From IMG/VR virus record IMGVR_UViG_3300027467_000624: a stretch of 64,000 nucleotides of DNA, one strand, 5' to 3'. The notes beneath the pieces are model-generated. The model searched no databases. It was given only the letters and a program-made list of their open reading frames with translations, and was not told the DNA's origin. Each line of letters opens with the position of its first letter. Positions within the stretch are counted from its first letter, which is position 1. Positions 6,406 to 17,148 of the stretch are shown here, one piece after another. The position numbers and the translations under genes were made by a program. This DNA comes from a virus.

Positions 6406-8158
6406 CTTCCTTGCTTTCAGTAATCCGTCCTAGATACGGATCATAATCAGTCAGTCTAGTGATATTCATTTCATGACCTTGAGTTTTCCAAAAATTCAAA
6501 AGTCCATCATGACTTTGTTTATGAAAAATATCTACATGTTCAGGGTGAATAGAAGATCCTAATGAAATTCGATACAAGAATAAAGGAATTGAAAAAGTAT
6601 TTCCAGAATTGTAGATAAGATCATCTGCAACTGCACGAGGTTTTACACCGTTATCAAGTTTATATTTTTCATCTTTACAGTGCAATTTAACTATCTTTTG
6701 AGCATGATGACGAGTAATCATATATGCTGCTGTTGAAAAATCATTTACAAATCTTTTATGTAAAACTACATGAAGTGGTCCAGTGCATATAATTGCAAGT
6801 TGAATTACATCCCAATCATAAGGAATTTTTGAAAAGAATTCACTCCAAGTAAAATTCCAATGAGAAACAGTTTGGAGATCTACATCATCTTCCATAATAA
6901 TTGCATATGGACTATCAGATGTTTCCAACCAGTGTTTTATTGCTTTTAGATGTGATGTAGTGCAACCAATTTCTCCAGAACTCATATTTTCTGGATATCT
7001 TCCTTTAATAATGTCACTTAAGTCATCTTCTCGTCCATCATATGCAGAGATTCTTTCATAATTTTCAATTTCCCAATATTTAAATTGGTTTTCCATATAT
7101 TCTCTTCTATCTTCTTGATCGTCCAAATTTAAGTAATAAATTGGTCCTATATTTTTTAATTTATATGAAGATTTGTTTTTATCTGTTGAAAATTGAACTG
7201 TCATATTTTGCTTCTCTTTTTGAATAACATTTTCTATTGATGGAATGTAATACTCTTCTACTATAGTTTTCCATTCAAACTTTTTAGAGTATTCTTTAAT
7301 TTCCTCCCTATGAGATATTGAATATTTTCTATTTTTAATTATTTCTTTTTCTACATACTCAATATCATTTATTTTATTTTCTGGAATTACTGTAATAAAA
7401 TCTTTGGTTACATCTAAATTTGCCTTAGCATATTCACTTACAACTAATCCAAGTCCTGCAGATAGGGCTTCCATACAAACGAGTGGATGTGCTTCACCAT
7501 CTGATAAAAGAACTAGATTTCCATAGTCAGTCAGATTATTATAAAGGGTTTCCTTATTCCACTCCCCAAGATAATTTTTTTCTTTATCAAATTCATCACT
7601 GGCAATATTTCCAGCATAATATAAAGAATCTATCGATTGAAATAAGTGCTGCCTCTTTCTATAATCTATTTTTGCTAAGTATATACTTCTATCAGGATAT
7701 TCTGGAGTAGTCTTATATGTAAAATTAGAAGAATTAACTCCATTAGGAGTTAGATAAAGATTTTCTTCAGGTATAGAAACTAAAGAATTATATACATTTA
7801 CTATTTCCTGAGACAAACAAAAAACATTTGGTGAATAAGTTTTAAAATGATTTAAAACATTAACGTATGATCCTATTTTTTCTGGAGTTTGTAAGTATGC
7901 AAAATGAGTTGTTATTGCCTTTGGATATTGAATAAATGGATAGGCAACTATCATATCATCATATTCAAAATGAACAAAATCTGGATCAAAGTCTTTTATT
8001 TGATCTATAATTTCATTTAAATTTTGTGTGTTTACAATTTGAACTTGATGTCCAAGTTCTTCATATGCATTTTTAAGATCCCAAATAAGAATTTCTACCG
8101 CACCCCATCCAGTAGGGGGAATTGGCATAATACCTGGACCAACTATTGTAATTTTCAT
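6392..8158 (-). CDS. Bifunctional glycosyltransferase: GT4-like N-terminal domain fused to GT25-like C-terminal domain
   Basis: PIPPTGWGAVE and EAHPLVCMEALSAG (GT4); YYLNLD...RREYM, GEIGCTTSH, IMEDDV (GT25). Confidence 0.85.
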   Translation of the reverse strand: MKITIVGPGIMPIPPTGWGAVEILIWDLKNAYEELGHQVQIVNTQNLNEIIDQIKDFDPDFVHFEYDDMIVAYPFIQYPKAITTHFAYLQTPEKIGSYVNVLNHFKTYSPNVFCLSQEIVNVYNSLVSIPEENLYLTPNGVNSSNFTYKTTPEYPDRSIYLAKIDYRKRQHLFQSIDSLYYAGNIASDEFDKEKNYLGEWNKETLYNNLTDYGNLVLLSDGEAHPLVCMEALSAGLGLVVSEYAKANLDVTKDFITVIPENKINDIEYVEKEIIKNRKYSISHREEIKEYSKKFEWKTIVEEYYIPSIENVIQKEKQNMTVQFSTDKNKSSYKLKNIGPIYYLNLDDQEDRREYMENQFKYWEIENYERISAYDGREDDLSDIIKGRYPENMSSGEIGCTTSHLKAIKHWLETSDSPYAIIMEDDVDLQTVSHWNFTWSEFFSKIPYDWDVIQLAIICTGPLHVVLHKRFVNDFSTAAYMITRHHAQKIVKLHCKDEKYKLDNGVKPRAVADDLIYNSGNTFSIPLFLYRISLGSSIHPEHVDIFHKQSHDGLLNFWKTQGHEMNITRLTDYDPYLGRITESKEVDKS

Positions 8159-9120
8159 TCCATCTCCTCAATATTTTTCACATATTTTTTTACAAGAGTT
8201 TCCCAAGAAAAATTTTGTATTCCATAATTTCTAATTTCATTTCTCATAGATAATGAAATTTTTCTATTTTCAATTAATTTCTCTTCAACATAATTTATAT
8301 CATTCCAATATTCATCATCAATTACAGTAACAAAAGGAAGATTTAAATCCAAATCATGTGCTGCATATTTAGAAACTACAACACCCAATCCACAAATCAA
8401 TGCCTCTTTGATGACTAATGGTGTACCATTTTCACCATCAGATAACAAAAGCATATTTGCATAATGTGTAACCTGCTCTAATTTATGCTGATGGTCCCAT
8501 TCTCCAAGATAGTTCTTTTGAATATCAAATGATGTAGTTGGAGTATAGTGTCCAACAAAATCAATAGTATCAATAGATTGGTAAATGTCTTGTCTTTTCC
8601 TAGGTTCAATTTTCCCCAAATAAAGAGTCCTATCACTCTTTTCTGGTTCTAGAGTGTAAAAATAATCTCTATGTTGTGCACCATTTTTACAAATTAAAAG
8701 TTTTTCTTTTGCTGCATTATCTTTCAAATAAGTATTATAATCCTTTTCTGAGATGCAAAAATTATAATATTTTTTGTTTGAAATTAACCATTTATAAATT
8801 CTATCATATCCATCAAACTTGTGCCTTTCAGGTTGGTCAATATATGGATAATGTGAACTAATAGCAAGTTTTGAATTTGGACATACTTTTCTAATATCGT
8901 CCATCAAATCATAAAATACATCATAGTGAACATGAATGAAATCATATTCATCTTCTTGAAGATCTGACAAAATTTGAGATCTATCTGGGGTGTTAATTAT
9001 TGCTCCTTCATGACCAAGTTCACCAAGTTCTGTTGCATAGTCCCAAATAAGACTCTCAACTGCACCCCATCCTTTAGGAGGTATTTCAATAATACCAGGA
9101 CCAACTAATGCTATTTTCAT
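8155..9120 (-). CDS. GT4-like glycosyltransferase (paralog of the N-terminal domain of the downstream gene)
   Basis: MKIALVGPGIIEIPPKGWGAVE; ENGTPLVIKEALICG. Confidence 0.85.
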   Translation of the reverse strand: MKIALVGPGIIEIPPKGWGAVESLIWDYATELGELGHEGAIINTPDRSQILSDLQEDEYDFIHVHYDVFYDLMDDIRKVCPNSKLAISSHYPYIDQPERHKFDGYDRIYKWLISNKKYYNFCISEKDYNTYLKDNAAKEKLLICKNGAQHRDYFYTLEPEKSDRTLYLGKIEPRKRQDIYQSIDTIDFVGHYTPTTSFDIQKNYLGEWDHQHKLEQVTHYANMLLLSDGENGTPLVIKEALICGLGVVVSKYAAHDLDLNLPFVTVIDDEYWNDINYVEEKLIENRKISLSMRNEIRNYGIQNFSWETLVKKYVKNIEEME

Positions 9121-9977
9121 TTTTCTAAATAACAAACTTTTTTAAAATTATCAATAAAACTATCAGTTATATCAGATTGCCTATCTCTAAAATAACTTAA
9201 AGTTGGTATTTCTTGAATATCATTATGAAATGCGAATACTTTTTTATACTCTTCGTCTTGAGGATTTTTCCCATAGAAGGTTTTCTCATCTTCATCAAAA
9301 TACAGAGGCATCTGTTCTCTTTCAGAACTATGATTCATAGATCCATTAGTAAACTTATATCCCCCAGTTTCATTTAAAGTTACCGATAATATAAATTCAT
9401 CAGTTATCCCTTCTATATCATTATAAGATTTTACATTCTCAAAAATGGAATTAAAATTTTCAGAAAATTTTTCAAAAATATAGTTATGTTTATCTTTTTG
9501 AAACAAAAACAACCCAGAAGAAACATATGGAATTTTATCTGGTTCTGAGATAAACTTTGCAGATGATGTTCTACTGACTCTAACATTAGAAATGTAATCA
9601 TTAAGTGTAGGAACCCACCAATGATTACATATCAGGAAATCTTCAGAAGATTCTTCAATTAATTCATCTACTCTATCATTAATTATTACAGTATCAGTAT
9701 CCATATAAAAACAATATGGAGTATCAAGATATTCATATAAATGATATCTCATTTTCCAATAATGAGGTTGGAACCAATCATCATTTGATTCATTTTTAAC
9801 TGGAAAATGGATTACTTTAACATTATCTAACCCATTTACATCCAACCTATTGTCTGCATCCAATACTAAAATATTGTATGGTTGACTTATTTTTTCTAAG
9901 GATTCAATAGATCGCAAAAGATTATTATAGTGTTTATCTTTTCCACCAACGATATATCCAAATGTAATTTTATTCAT
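9117..9977 (-). CDS. GT-A fold glycosyltransferase (GT8-like)
   Basis: YMDTDTVI DxD motif, SSGLFLF, DEFILS. Confidence 0.65.
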   Translation of the reverse strand: MNKITFGYIVGGKDKHYNNLLRSIESLEKISQPYNILVLDADNRLDVNGLDNVKVIHFPVKNESNDDWFQPHYWKMRYHLYEYLDTPYCFYMDTDTVIINDRVDELIEESSEDFLICNHWWVPTLNDYISNVRVSRTSSAKFISEPDKIPYVSSGLFLFQKDKHNYIFEKFSENFNSIFENVKSYNDIEGITDEFILSVTLNETGGYKFTNGSMNHSSEREQMPLYFDEDEKTFYGKNPQDEEYKKVFAFHNDIQEIPTLSYFRDRQSDITDSFIDNFKKVCYLEK

Positions 9978-10686
9978 AGAATTTCTTATATTGATGTATT
10001 ATAGCATAATTATTATTTTCCCAATTGGGATTATGAGTTACCTCAGTATGAAAAGGATTGACTGTATATTGCTTACCACAAATATAATAGTACACAGTCA
10101 TAAAAAAGTCTACCCATCCAAATCTATGGTCTACTTCTTTTTTAACATATTCAATTTCCTTTTCAAATATAGAATAAATTCTATCATAGTTTTCTAAAAA
10201 TGTTTTAGTTTTAAATATGGATCCTCCACCAGAACCATACCAATCATTATGAAATACTGCTCCATATTTTGAACTAAAATATTCCATCAACTCTGGATTA
10301 AATTTATTGCCAGGAAAAGACATTCCAGAAAATTCTACATTTTCATTTACTTCCAGAGTATTTCTAATGTGAACATCATCTTCCATCATAATTAAATGAT
10401 CAGATTTAGTTACTTCACACCCCATTTTAAATCTAGAGATCCACTCCAAAACTTCATCTGAAGTATATCCATATATCCCAGATGGATCAGTATGATGCCT
10501 ATATCCAAGATTAATTGGAGAGTGATGATAAATGCAATTATATTCCTTTGCCAAATCAGAAAAATCATCCCCACCATCAGATACTAAGAAGTAAGGATTA
10601 GTAGGATGATATTTTCTAAAACTTTTTATTGCTTCTTCTGTAGCAACTTTATTTTTATAAGATTGATGATAAGCACCTAATATCAT
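9970..10686 (-). CDS. Putative GT-A fold glycosyltransferase
   Basis: LVSDGGDD and IMMEDDV motifs; cluster context. Confidence 0.55.
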   Translation of the reverse strand: MILGAYHQSYKNKVATEEAIKSFRKYHPTNPYFLVSDGGDDFSDLAKEYNCIYHHSPINLGYRHHTDPSGIYGYTSDEVLEWISRFKMGCEVTKSDHLIMMEDDVHIRNTLEVNENVEFSGMSFPGNKFNPELMEYFSSKYGAVFHNDWYGSGGGSIFKTKTFLENYDRIYSIFEKEIEYVKKEVDHRFGWVDFFMTVYYYICGKQYTVNPFHTEVTHNPNWENNNYAIIHQYKKFYE

Positions 10687-10695
10687 TTAAATGTC

Positions 10696-11619
10696 CTAGA
10701 GAAGTTTTAACATTCCATTTACCCTATTGAGGTAAGTATGATTTTTTCTTACATAATCCATCTGCCTCAGGATTAATTTTTTATCGTCTTTATATTTTAA
10801 ACCTTCCTCAAATAAATCCGAAATATTTTCTTTATATATTACTTCAGGTCCTGCAAATTCTGCAAGCAAGGATGAATTAGTAAGTCCCAATTGACCATAA
10901 CTAATACTTTTAAAAATTCTACAACTTTTCAATCCCCATTTTTTATGAGTTTCATTTCTTAAATCTGGAGATAAGAAGGATCTTTGCATATAATCCATCA
11001 TTATATCATCATCAAGTGGACTTTGCCAAGGGTTAGACCATCCAAATTTTACACCTATTTTATCACAACATTCTGCAAATTCTTGTATCATTTTAGCATT
11101 TGCAAATCTACCCTCATTAGAAATGCTGCCGATAAAATAGTAAACATTTTCTCTCTCAATGTTGACCCATTCATCAATTATCTCATGGGGAAGTAAATTA
11201 GTTGCCCATGCAATGTATATTACTTCATACCCATAGTCTTTAGACTCTTTTGGATTATATAGAACACCACAATCTAACTCTTCACAAGATTCTTCATCCA
11301 AAACATACTCATAATTATCATTGTCCATACTTTTCTGATGATATCTTATATCAATCAATTTCTTAACTTTTCCAAGATATTTTTCAGGATTTACACAAAC
11401 ATGAACAAAATAGGTGCTAGTTTTTCTTAATGGAATATTTTTATCCGCATATCCTTCTGTAATAAAAACACAATTGTCATAATCAAAATCATCAGGATAA
11501 TTGGAATCATCAAACCAATATACTTCATGATCCAAATAATCCAATGTTTTTTTAAATGAATCGTGAATATATGAGTGAGTATGAGAATGTAAAGGATATC
11601 CCCAAATTATAAATTTCAT
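10696..11619 (-). CDS. Putative GT-B glycosyltransferase (CgeB-like C-terminus)
   Basis: RIFKSISYGQLGLTN...NHTYLNRV C-terminal pattern; cluster context. Confidence 0.55.
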   Translation of the reverse strand: MKFIIWGYPLHSHTHSYIHDSFKKTLDYLDHEVYWFDDSNYPDDFDYDNCVFITEGYADKNIPLRKTSTYFVHVCVNPEKYLGKVKKLIDIRYHQKSMDNDNYEYVLDEESCEELDCGVLYNPKESKDYGYEVIYIAWATNLLPHEIIDEWVNIERENVYYFIGSISNEGRFANAKMIQEFAECCDKIGVKFGWSNPWQSPLDDDIMMDYMQRSFLSPDLRNETHKKWGLKSCRIFKSISYGQLGLTNSSLLAEFAGPEVIYKENISDLFEEGLKYKDDKKLILRQMDYVRKNHTYLNRVNGMLKLL

Positions 11620-11655
11620 GTTATTTCTCCAGATTAAAGCAAAGTATGATGAATA

Positions 11656-12378
11656 TCAAGTAGTTTTTGTTTTTATTTTTCCTAACATATAATCTTCAGC
11701 CTTTTTAGTTTTATTGCTTATGCATTTTAATTCAGAAATTAAATTCATATCTACATGATCGGGATGAACCCACCAATCTTCAAAAGGATGAGAATCATCC
11801 ACAGAGATATTGTTTACCACTAATTCATATCCATGCTTTTTAAAATATTTCCTAGATGCATCTCTAACTTTTGTATTTTCACTATTTTCATCTTTATGAT
11901 TATAGTAATCATGTTCAAATACAATTACTGAAAATGTATACTTATCTAATGGAATTTTTTTAAGTGCTTTAAAAGTAGTAGCAGGAGGTTCACAATCTAC
12001 TTGAAGAAAATCAAAATGTGGTCCCATGTTTACCACACGAAATAAATCATCATAATCTACTTTAGTAGCATCTCCCTGTGCAATTGCATTTTTACGTTCA
12101 TCATTGAACAGGTTAGCATCAGATTCTTTTATTTCCAAAGAAACACCAGTCCACCCAAAACCTAATTCCAGTAGGGCAGTATTATTAGAAATAAATGGAT
12201 GTCCAGATCCTATTTCAACATAAGTACCATTTCTTTTCCCATTTAAACAGGAAAGGACAAACATATCCTGATAACATTGAGAAAAATTATGCTCTATTGT
12301 TTCAGCATCATTAAATTTAAATTTTAAAAGATCATACTTATCTTTAGTATAAGTTGTAGGCCAATCCCAGTTTTTCAT
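11656..12378 (-). CDS. FkbM-family methyltransferase
   Basis: SQCYQD, YVEIGS, FLQVDCE, FEHD, EDWW motifs. Confidence 0.8.
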   Translation of the reverse strand: MKNWDWPTTYTKDKYDLLKFKFNDAETIEHNFSQCYQDMFVLSCLNGKRNGTYVEIGSGHPFISNNTALLELGFGWTGVSLEIKESDANLFNDERKNAIAQGDATKVDYDDLFRVVNMGPHFDFLQVDCEPPATTFKALKKIPLDKYTFSVIVFEHDYYNHKDENSENTKVRDASRKYFKKHGYELVVNNISVDDSHPFEDWWVHPDHVDMNLISELKCISNKTKKAEDYMLGKIKTKTT

Positions 12379-12436
12379 AAAAATTAATGGTTAGTTTTTA
12401 CATAAAAAATTATATACTTAATAATCTAATGATATT

Positions 12437-13159
12437 TTAAGTATGATATTTTGAATTATTTTTTGCTAAGTGAACAATTTTAGGTTCAAATTCACAATAA
12501 CCAGAAAATACTTCAGGATAAGCATACTCTGGTCTTAATGTATTTACACTTTCTTTTTTATCAATAAAAAATTTGTTGAGGTGACTTTCATCATGCCAAA
12601 TTGCAATGACATCATTTTCAAGATCTTCATTAACCATGTTATTAAGATCCTCAATCATTCCGATAACATCAGGAACTTTACCTCCCCACAGACAACCTTG
12701 ATAATAAACTGTTGGCATCTCTTTTTCAACGTCAACATATGCAAGTGACGATTTATTTGTTTCAAATGCCCCTGGAAGTTCATTATGGGGTGGCATTCCT
12801 AGATTATGACATGGATGCCAAACACCAAAGAATGGTTTAGTATCATCAAAAAATTCGTTTTCTGAAATATGATCGACAACTAATGCATCTGCATCAATAA
12901 AAACAAACCAATCATTTTTTTCAATTATATCTTTTGCTTTTAATATAATCTTAAATCTCTTTAACGTGACATAAGGCCATTCAAGATGCTCTTGATAATA
13001 TGGAATAATATCTTCTGGAAGATCGTCAAGTTCACCATCAGTAAAAACTAAAAAGGTTTTTTGACAATCTGGAAGAAAATATTTTTTTATATTTTCATAA
13101 TAGTTTGGAAGAAAATTGAGATAATTTCCAGTTCCAATAAAACAAATTGCAACATTCAT
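12437..13159 (-). CDS. GT6-family glycosyltransferase (alpha-1,3-Gal/GalNAc transferase-like)
   Basis: FIGTGNY, WPYVTLKRF, FIDAD, YYQGCLWGG, WHDESHLNK. Confidence 0.85.
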   Translation of the reverse strand: MNVAICFIGTGNYLNFLPNYYENIKKYFLPDCQKTFLVFTDGELDDLPEDIIPYYQEHLEWPYVTLKRFKIILKAKDIIEKNDWFVFIDADALVVDHISENEFFDDTKPFFGVWHPCHNLGMPPHNELPGAFETNKSSLAYVDVEKEMPTVYYQGCLWGGKVPDVIGMIEDLNNMVNEDLENDVIAIWHDESHLNKFFIDKKESVNTLRPEYAYPEVFSGYCEFEPKIVHLAKNNSKYHT

Positions 13160-13950
13160 TAAATTACTATCCAAGTTTCAGGAATAATGTCTTTAGTATC
13201 TAGGTGTTCATTATTAGACCCAGAAAACCACCCAGAAGGTGCTACAACCTTATTATTTGAAGATAACCAAGCACCCCACCAAGAAAATGAAGAATTTGCA
13301 ATAATATGACCTGAACATAAAGTCATTAAACACAAATCCATATAAGTATCATTAGTTTCCGATACCATAAATCTATCAGACTCAAACAATTTTTGATCCA
13401 TACACCATTTAGGTTCATCTGAGAAAATTATTACTTCACAATTTTCATCAAATAATTTTAATGCTTCTTCATAATATGAAAGATCTAAAACTGTATGATT
13501 TGGATCTATAGTATAATCAGTTCTACGAATATGTAAAGCAATTGGATTTTTCCAATTCGATATTGTTTTTTTAGCAGGTTCTAAAATATCATCAATAAAT
13601 TCAAAATCTTCTAAAATATTATTTCTAATATGTTTAAAATATTTTTCGGTTTGAAAATATCCTTGAATTGAAACATCATCTGGACACTCATTGAATAATT
13701 TTTCATCAAAAGAAAAACTATTTTCTATGATTGTTGGTTTACTTACATCAATAAATTGAATGTTTTTTTCCTCAACATTTTTTAATTTAAAAGGATTGAA
13801 TAATTGATGATCAGTCCATACATTTTTATTTCTTGTTGGTGGCAAACAATATTCATACCCATTATTTTGGGCAATGCCTTTCAGAGCAGCAAATTGAAAC
13901 ATTTGATTTCCCAAACGTCCCATTTGCCCTAATGCATTAAATCCTATCAT
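13159..13950 (-). CDS. GT11-family alpha-1,2-fucosyltransferase
   Basis: GRLGNQMFQFA, GYFQTEKYF, HIRRTDY, IANSSFSWWGAWL. Confidence 0.92.
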   Translation of the reverse strand: MIGFNALGQMGRLGNQMFQFAALKGIAQNNGYEYCLPPTRNKNVWTDHQLFNPFKLKNVEEKNIQFIDVSKPTIIENSFSFDEKLFNECPDDVSIQGYFQTEKYFKHIRNNILEDFEFIDDILEPAKKTISNWKNPIALHIRRTDYTIDPNHTVLDLSYYEEALKLFDENCEVIIFSDEPKWCMDQKLFESDRFMVSETNDTYMDLCLMTLCSGHIIANSSFSWWGAWLSSNNKVVAPSGWFSGSNNEHLDTKDIIPETWIVI

Positions 13951-14866
13951 TTTTATACCATTCGTAAGTTTCATAAATTCCTTGTTGAATCCCAACCTTA
14001 GGACTCCAACCAAGTTCTTTAATTTTATCTACATTCAATACCTTTCTGGGAGTTCCATTTGGTTTAGAAGTATCCCACCTAATTTCACCATTATATCCAA
14101 TAATAGTGGAAATAATTTCAGTAAGTTCTTTAATGGTTAGGTCTTCACCAGTTCCAACATTAATAATTTCAGAACTATCATATGAAATCATACATCTAAA
14201 ACATGCCTCTGCTAGATCATCCACATGAAGAAATTCACGCATTGCAGATCCATCCCCCCAACAATCAACATAAGGAGCATTAGATTCTTTTGCATCATGG
14301 AACTTTCGAATCAATGCAGGGAGAACATGTGAATTTTCAAGATCAAAATTATCATTTGGACCATAAAGATTTGTAGGCATTAATGAAATGGCATTAAACC
14401 CGTGCTGCTGACGGTATGCTTGGCACATCATAATACCAGCAATCTTAGCAATCGCATAAGCATCATTAGTTGGTTCTAAAGGACCAGTCATTAACTGATC
14501 TTCAGTAATAGGTTGAGATGCAAACTTAGGATAAATGCAAGAAGATCCAAGAAATAAAAGTTTTTTAACATTAAAACGATTAGAAGATTCAATAATATTA
14601 GTTTGAATTTGGAGATTTTCGGTTAGAAAATCTGCCTTATAATTGTTATTTGCCATAATGCCACCAACTTTTGCGGCAGCAACAAAAACATATTCTGGTT
14701 GCTCCGAAGCAAAATAACTCTCAGTATCGTATTGATCCGTAAAATCAACATCATCACGAGTTCCTTTGATAATATTGGTATAACCTTTATTTTCAAGATT
14801 TCTCACAATGGCAGATCCAACCATTCCGTTTGCACCAGCAACCAATACTCTAGAATTACTGTCCAT
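13937..14866 (-). CDS. fcl: GDP-L-fucose synthase
   Basis: [38 protein letters not shown]. Confidence 0.95.
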   Translation of the reverse strand: MDSNSRVLVAGANGMVGSAIVRNLENKGYTNIIKGTRDDVDFTDQYDTESYFASEQPEYVFVAAAKVGGIMANNNYKADFLTENLQIQTNIIESSNRFNVKKLLFLGSSCIYPKFASQPITEDQLMTGPLEPTNDAYAIAKIAGIMMCQAYRQQHGFNAISLMPTNLYGPNDNFDLENSHVLPALIRKFHDAKESNAPYVDCWGDGSAMREFLHVDDLAEACFRCMISYDSSEIINVGTGEDLTIKELTEIISTIIGYNGEIRWDTSKPNGTPRKVLNVDKIKELGWSPKVGIQQGIYETYEWYKNDRI

Positions 14867-15860
14867 GAATACACATATCCTCAACTAATTGTTTAAATGA
14901 AATCTTAGGTTCCCAACCTAATTCTTCCTTTGCCTTGGAAGAATCACCTAATAAAGTCTCTACTTCAGCAGGTCTAAAATACTTAGAATTAACTCTAATA
15001 ACTTCTTTACCGGTAAATTTATTAATTCCTACTTCATTCAATCCTTCACCTTCCCAGACAATATTAATTCCAAAGTAAGGTGCTGCCTCTTCAACAAATT
15101 CTCTCACTGAATATTGAGTCCCAGTAGAAATCACATAATCTTCAGGGTTATCTTGCTGAAGCATTAGCCACATTGCTTCTACAAAATCTTTTGCATGTCC
15201 CCAATCACGTTTTGCATTTAAATTGCCAAGTTCTAATACATCTTGCATACCAGTAGAAATTCTAGAAAGTCCTCTAGTAATTTTTCTGGTTACAAAGGTT
15301 TCACCTCTCCTTGGAGATTCATGATTAAAAAGAATTCCCGTGCAAGCATACATTCCATATGCCTCACGGTAATTTTTTGTTATCCAATATCCATAAAGTT
15401 TGGCACAACCATAAGGGGAACGAGGATAGAATGGAGTTGTTTCTTTTTGAGGTATCTCTTGAACCAACCCATAAAGTTCACTAGTCGATGCTTGGTAAAT
15501 ACGAACCTTTTGCTCCATACCCAAAAGACGGACTGCCTCAAGAATACGAAGAGTCCCCAGAGCATCGACATCAGCAGTGTATTCAGGCATCTCAAAGGAT
15601 ACCTTGACATGACTTTGAGCACCAAGATTATAAATTTCATCAGGTTGTACTTTTTGAATGACACGAACAATATTAGTAGAATCTGTTAAATCACCATAGT
15701 GGAGATTTATTTTTTCATAGATGTGATCAATACGATGAGTATTGATCAATGAACTTCTTCGTACAATGCCATGAACTTCATATCCTTTTTCTAAAAGGAG
15801 TTCTGCAAGATACGATCCATCTTGTCCTGTAATTCCAGTACAAAGAGCAACTTTTGCCAT
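14856..15860 (-). CDS. gmd: GDP-mannose 4,6-dehydratase
   Basis: [37 protein letters not shown]. Confidence 0.96.
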   Translation of the reverse strand: MAKVALCTGITGQDGSYLAELLLEKGYEVHGIVRRSSLINTHRIDHIYEKINLHYGDLTDSTNIVRVIQKVQPDEIYNLGAQSHVKVSFEMPEYTADVDALGTLRILEAVRLLGMEQKVRIYQASTSELYGLVQEIPQKETTPFYPRSPYGCAKLYGYWITKNYREAYGMYACTGILFNHESPRRGETFVTRKITRGLSRISTGMQDVLELGNLNAKRDWGHAKDFVEAMWLMLQQDNPEDYVISTGTQYSVREFVEEAAPYFGINIVWEGEGLNEVGINKFTGKEVIRVNSKYFRPAEVETLLGDSSKAKEELGWEPKISFKQLVEDMCIHGQ

Positions 15861-15914
15861 AAAATAATTAAACCATCAAAATTATAATAATATGCTTTTA
15901 TAAAATTTGCAATA

Positions 15915-16050
15915 TTTTTATTTTTTTAACTGGAAATAAAAAACCAGGCGGGATTACCCCATCCGCACCAACAGGCATATTTAAAGTCCCTTACCCTGTG
16001 GGGACAAATAGGTCAAATTGGCTCCACCACTCAGTTTTAACTAACTGAGA
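15915..16050 (-). ncRNA. wcaG RNA motif-like element upstream of gmd/fcl
   Basis: Two UGGUG words (GUGGUGGAGCC; UUGGUGCGGA), CUGG/CCAG stem whose U-rich loop can pair with the downstream A-run; context upstream of wcaG-family genes matches the described cyanophage motif (from recall). Confidence 0.65.
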
Positions 16051-16264
16051 AAAGTTGAATTAGTTTTGTTATTTCACTAACTCCAAAAAATGCACATAAA
16101 AATAAAACATCCCAAAGTTTGAGCTTAATTGCAAAGGGTACGGTTAACATCCCTCCGATAGATTTTAGTAATAAACCATTTTTAAAATCACCCCATAACA
16201 TGATTTGATAACCTATTATGAGAAATAAATTTCCAAGATATCGTAAGATACTTGTTTTAGACAT
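16037..16264 (-). CDS. Small multi-TM membrane protein
   Basis: 75 aa, highly hydrophobic. Confidence 0.65.
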   Translation of the reverse strand: MSKTSILRYLGNLFLIIGYQIMLWGDFKNGLLLKSIGGMLTVPFAIKLKLWDVLFLCAFFGVSEITKLIQLFSVS

Positions 16265-16294
16265 TAATAATTTTATCTATTTTTTATTTTTGAT

Positions 16295-16471
16295 TTATAG
16301 TGGTTCAATCCATCCTCTTTTTTGAGAAATTTGAATTGATTCATCAACATTATTTGTTAAAATAACTGCATTCCCATCTGGCATTTTAACAATAAACTTT
16401 TTTCCTAATGAAACTTCTTTCAATACAGATTCAAAGTTTACTTCAAAATAAAAAGAAGTTATTTCAATCAT
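16295..16471 (-). CDS. Small hypothetical protein (58 aa), weak Phd/YefM-like pattern
   Basis: MIEITSFYFEVNFESVLKEVSLGKKFIVKMPDGNAVIL by manual translation. Confidence 0.4.
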   Translation of the reverse strand: MIEITSFYFEVNFESVLKEVSLGKKFIVKMPDGNAVILTNNVDESIQISQKRGWIEPL

Positions 16472-16673
16472 TGTTACTAACTACCGATAGAACTTTTGAC
16501 CATCCAGTAGGAGTTTTATATTCAAGATTTACATCTTTAATATATGTATTCCCGTTTGCATCTCTTGAAAATTGCTTTTTTAATCTTAAATTAGCAATTA
16601 AATTTGAATTAATCGTAAATTTATTTTTTTGTTTTTGATGTTCATACTCATCAAAATATTTCGTTTCACTCAT
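16464..16673 (-). CDS. Hypothetical protein
   Basis: ORF track, co-oriented. Confidence 0.5.
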   Translation of the reverse strand: MSETKYFDEYEHQKQKNKFTINSNLIANLRLKKQFSRDANGNTYIKDVNLEYKTPTGWSKVLSVVSNND

Positions 16674-16783
16674 TATTATTTGATTTTGAATGAACTACCA
16701 TGATACCTAAAATAGGCACCATTGTCAACAAATAACATATCATAAAAAGAGATATTTGATTGGTTAATAATTTTTTTACAAGA

Positions 16784-16975
16784 TTAATCATTATCGTAAT
16801 CCTCAGGGGGATCGTAAGGTTCTGAAAATAGTTCTTGCATTTTCATATCACTAACTCTTTTATAAATTTGATCAAATTTGTCTACAAAAATTTCTTGAAA
16901 ATTTACAGTCAACAATTCTTCACCGTCCTTAACATTTTTCATTTCTGGATGGATGTTTTGTTCTGAATTTTCCAT
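16784..16975 (-). CDS. Hypothetical acidic protein
   Basis: ORF track, co-oriented. Confidence 0.5.
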   Translation of the reverse strand: MENSEQNIHPEMKNVKDGEELLTVNFQEIFVDKFDQIYKRVSDMKMQELFSEPYDPPEDYDND

Positions 16976-16986
16976 TTAAATTTTAT

Positions 16987-17148
16987 TTAATTTTTTAAAT
17001 TGTTTACAATAGTTATCACTCCATGAGTATAAAATCCCAATAAAAATGTTCCAATTAATGCACTTATTAATGATGCAGTTTTATTATGTCTATCAATAGC
17101 TTTTTCAATTGATTTATCTATCATGTTTTGAATTTGATCAGAATTCAT
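16987..17148 (-). CDS. Small membrane protein (about 53 aa)
   Basis: MNSDQIQNMIDKSIEKAIDRHNKTASLISALIGTFLLGF; one TM helix; ATGA coupling. Confidence 0.5.
   Translation of the reverse strand: MNSDQIQNMIDKSIEKAIDRHNKTASLISALIGTFLLGFYTHGVITIVNNLKN

Noticed and set aside
6392-12378. Glycosyltransferases as a DNA hypermodification system
   Set aside because: No base-modifying enzymes (hydroxymethylase, queuosine-pathway genes) in the window; families present point to surface glycans
16295-16471. Toxin-antitoxin pair suggested by a Phd-like small ORF
   Set aside because: Similarity is weak and no recognisable toxin is adjacent
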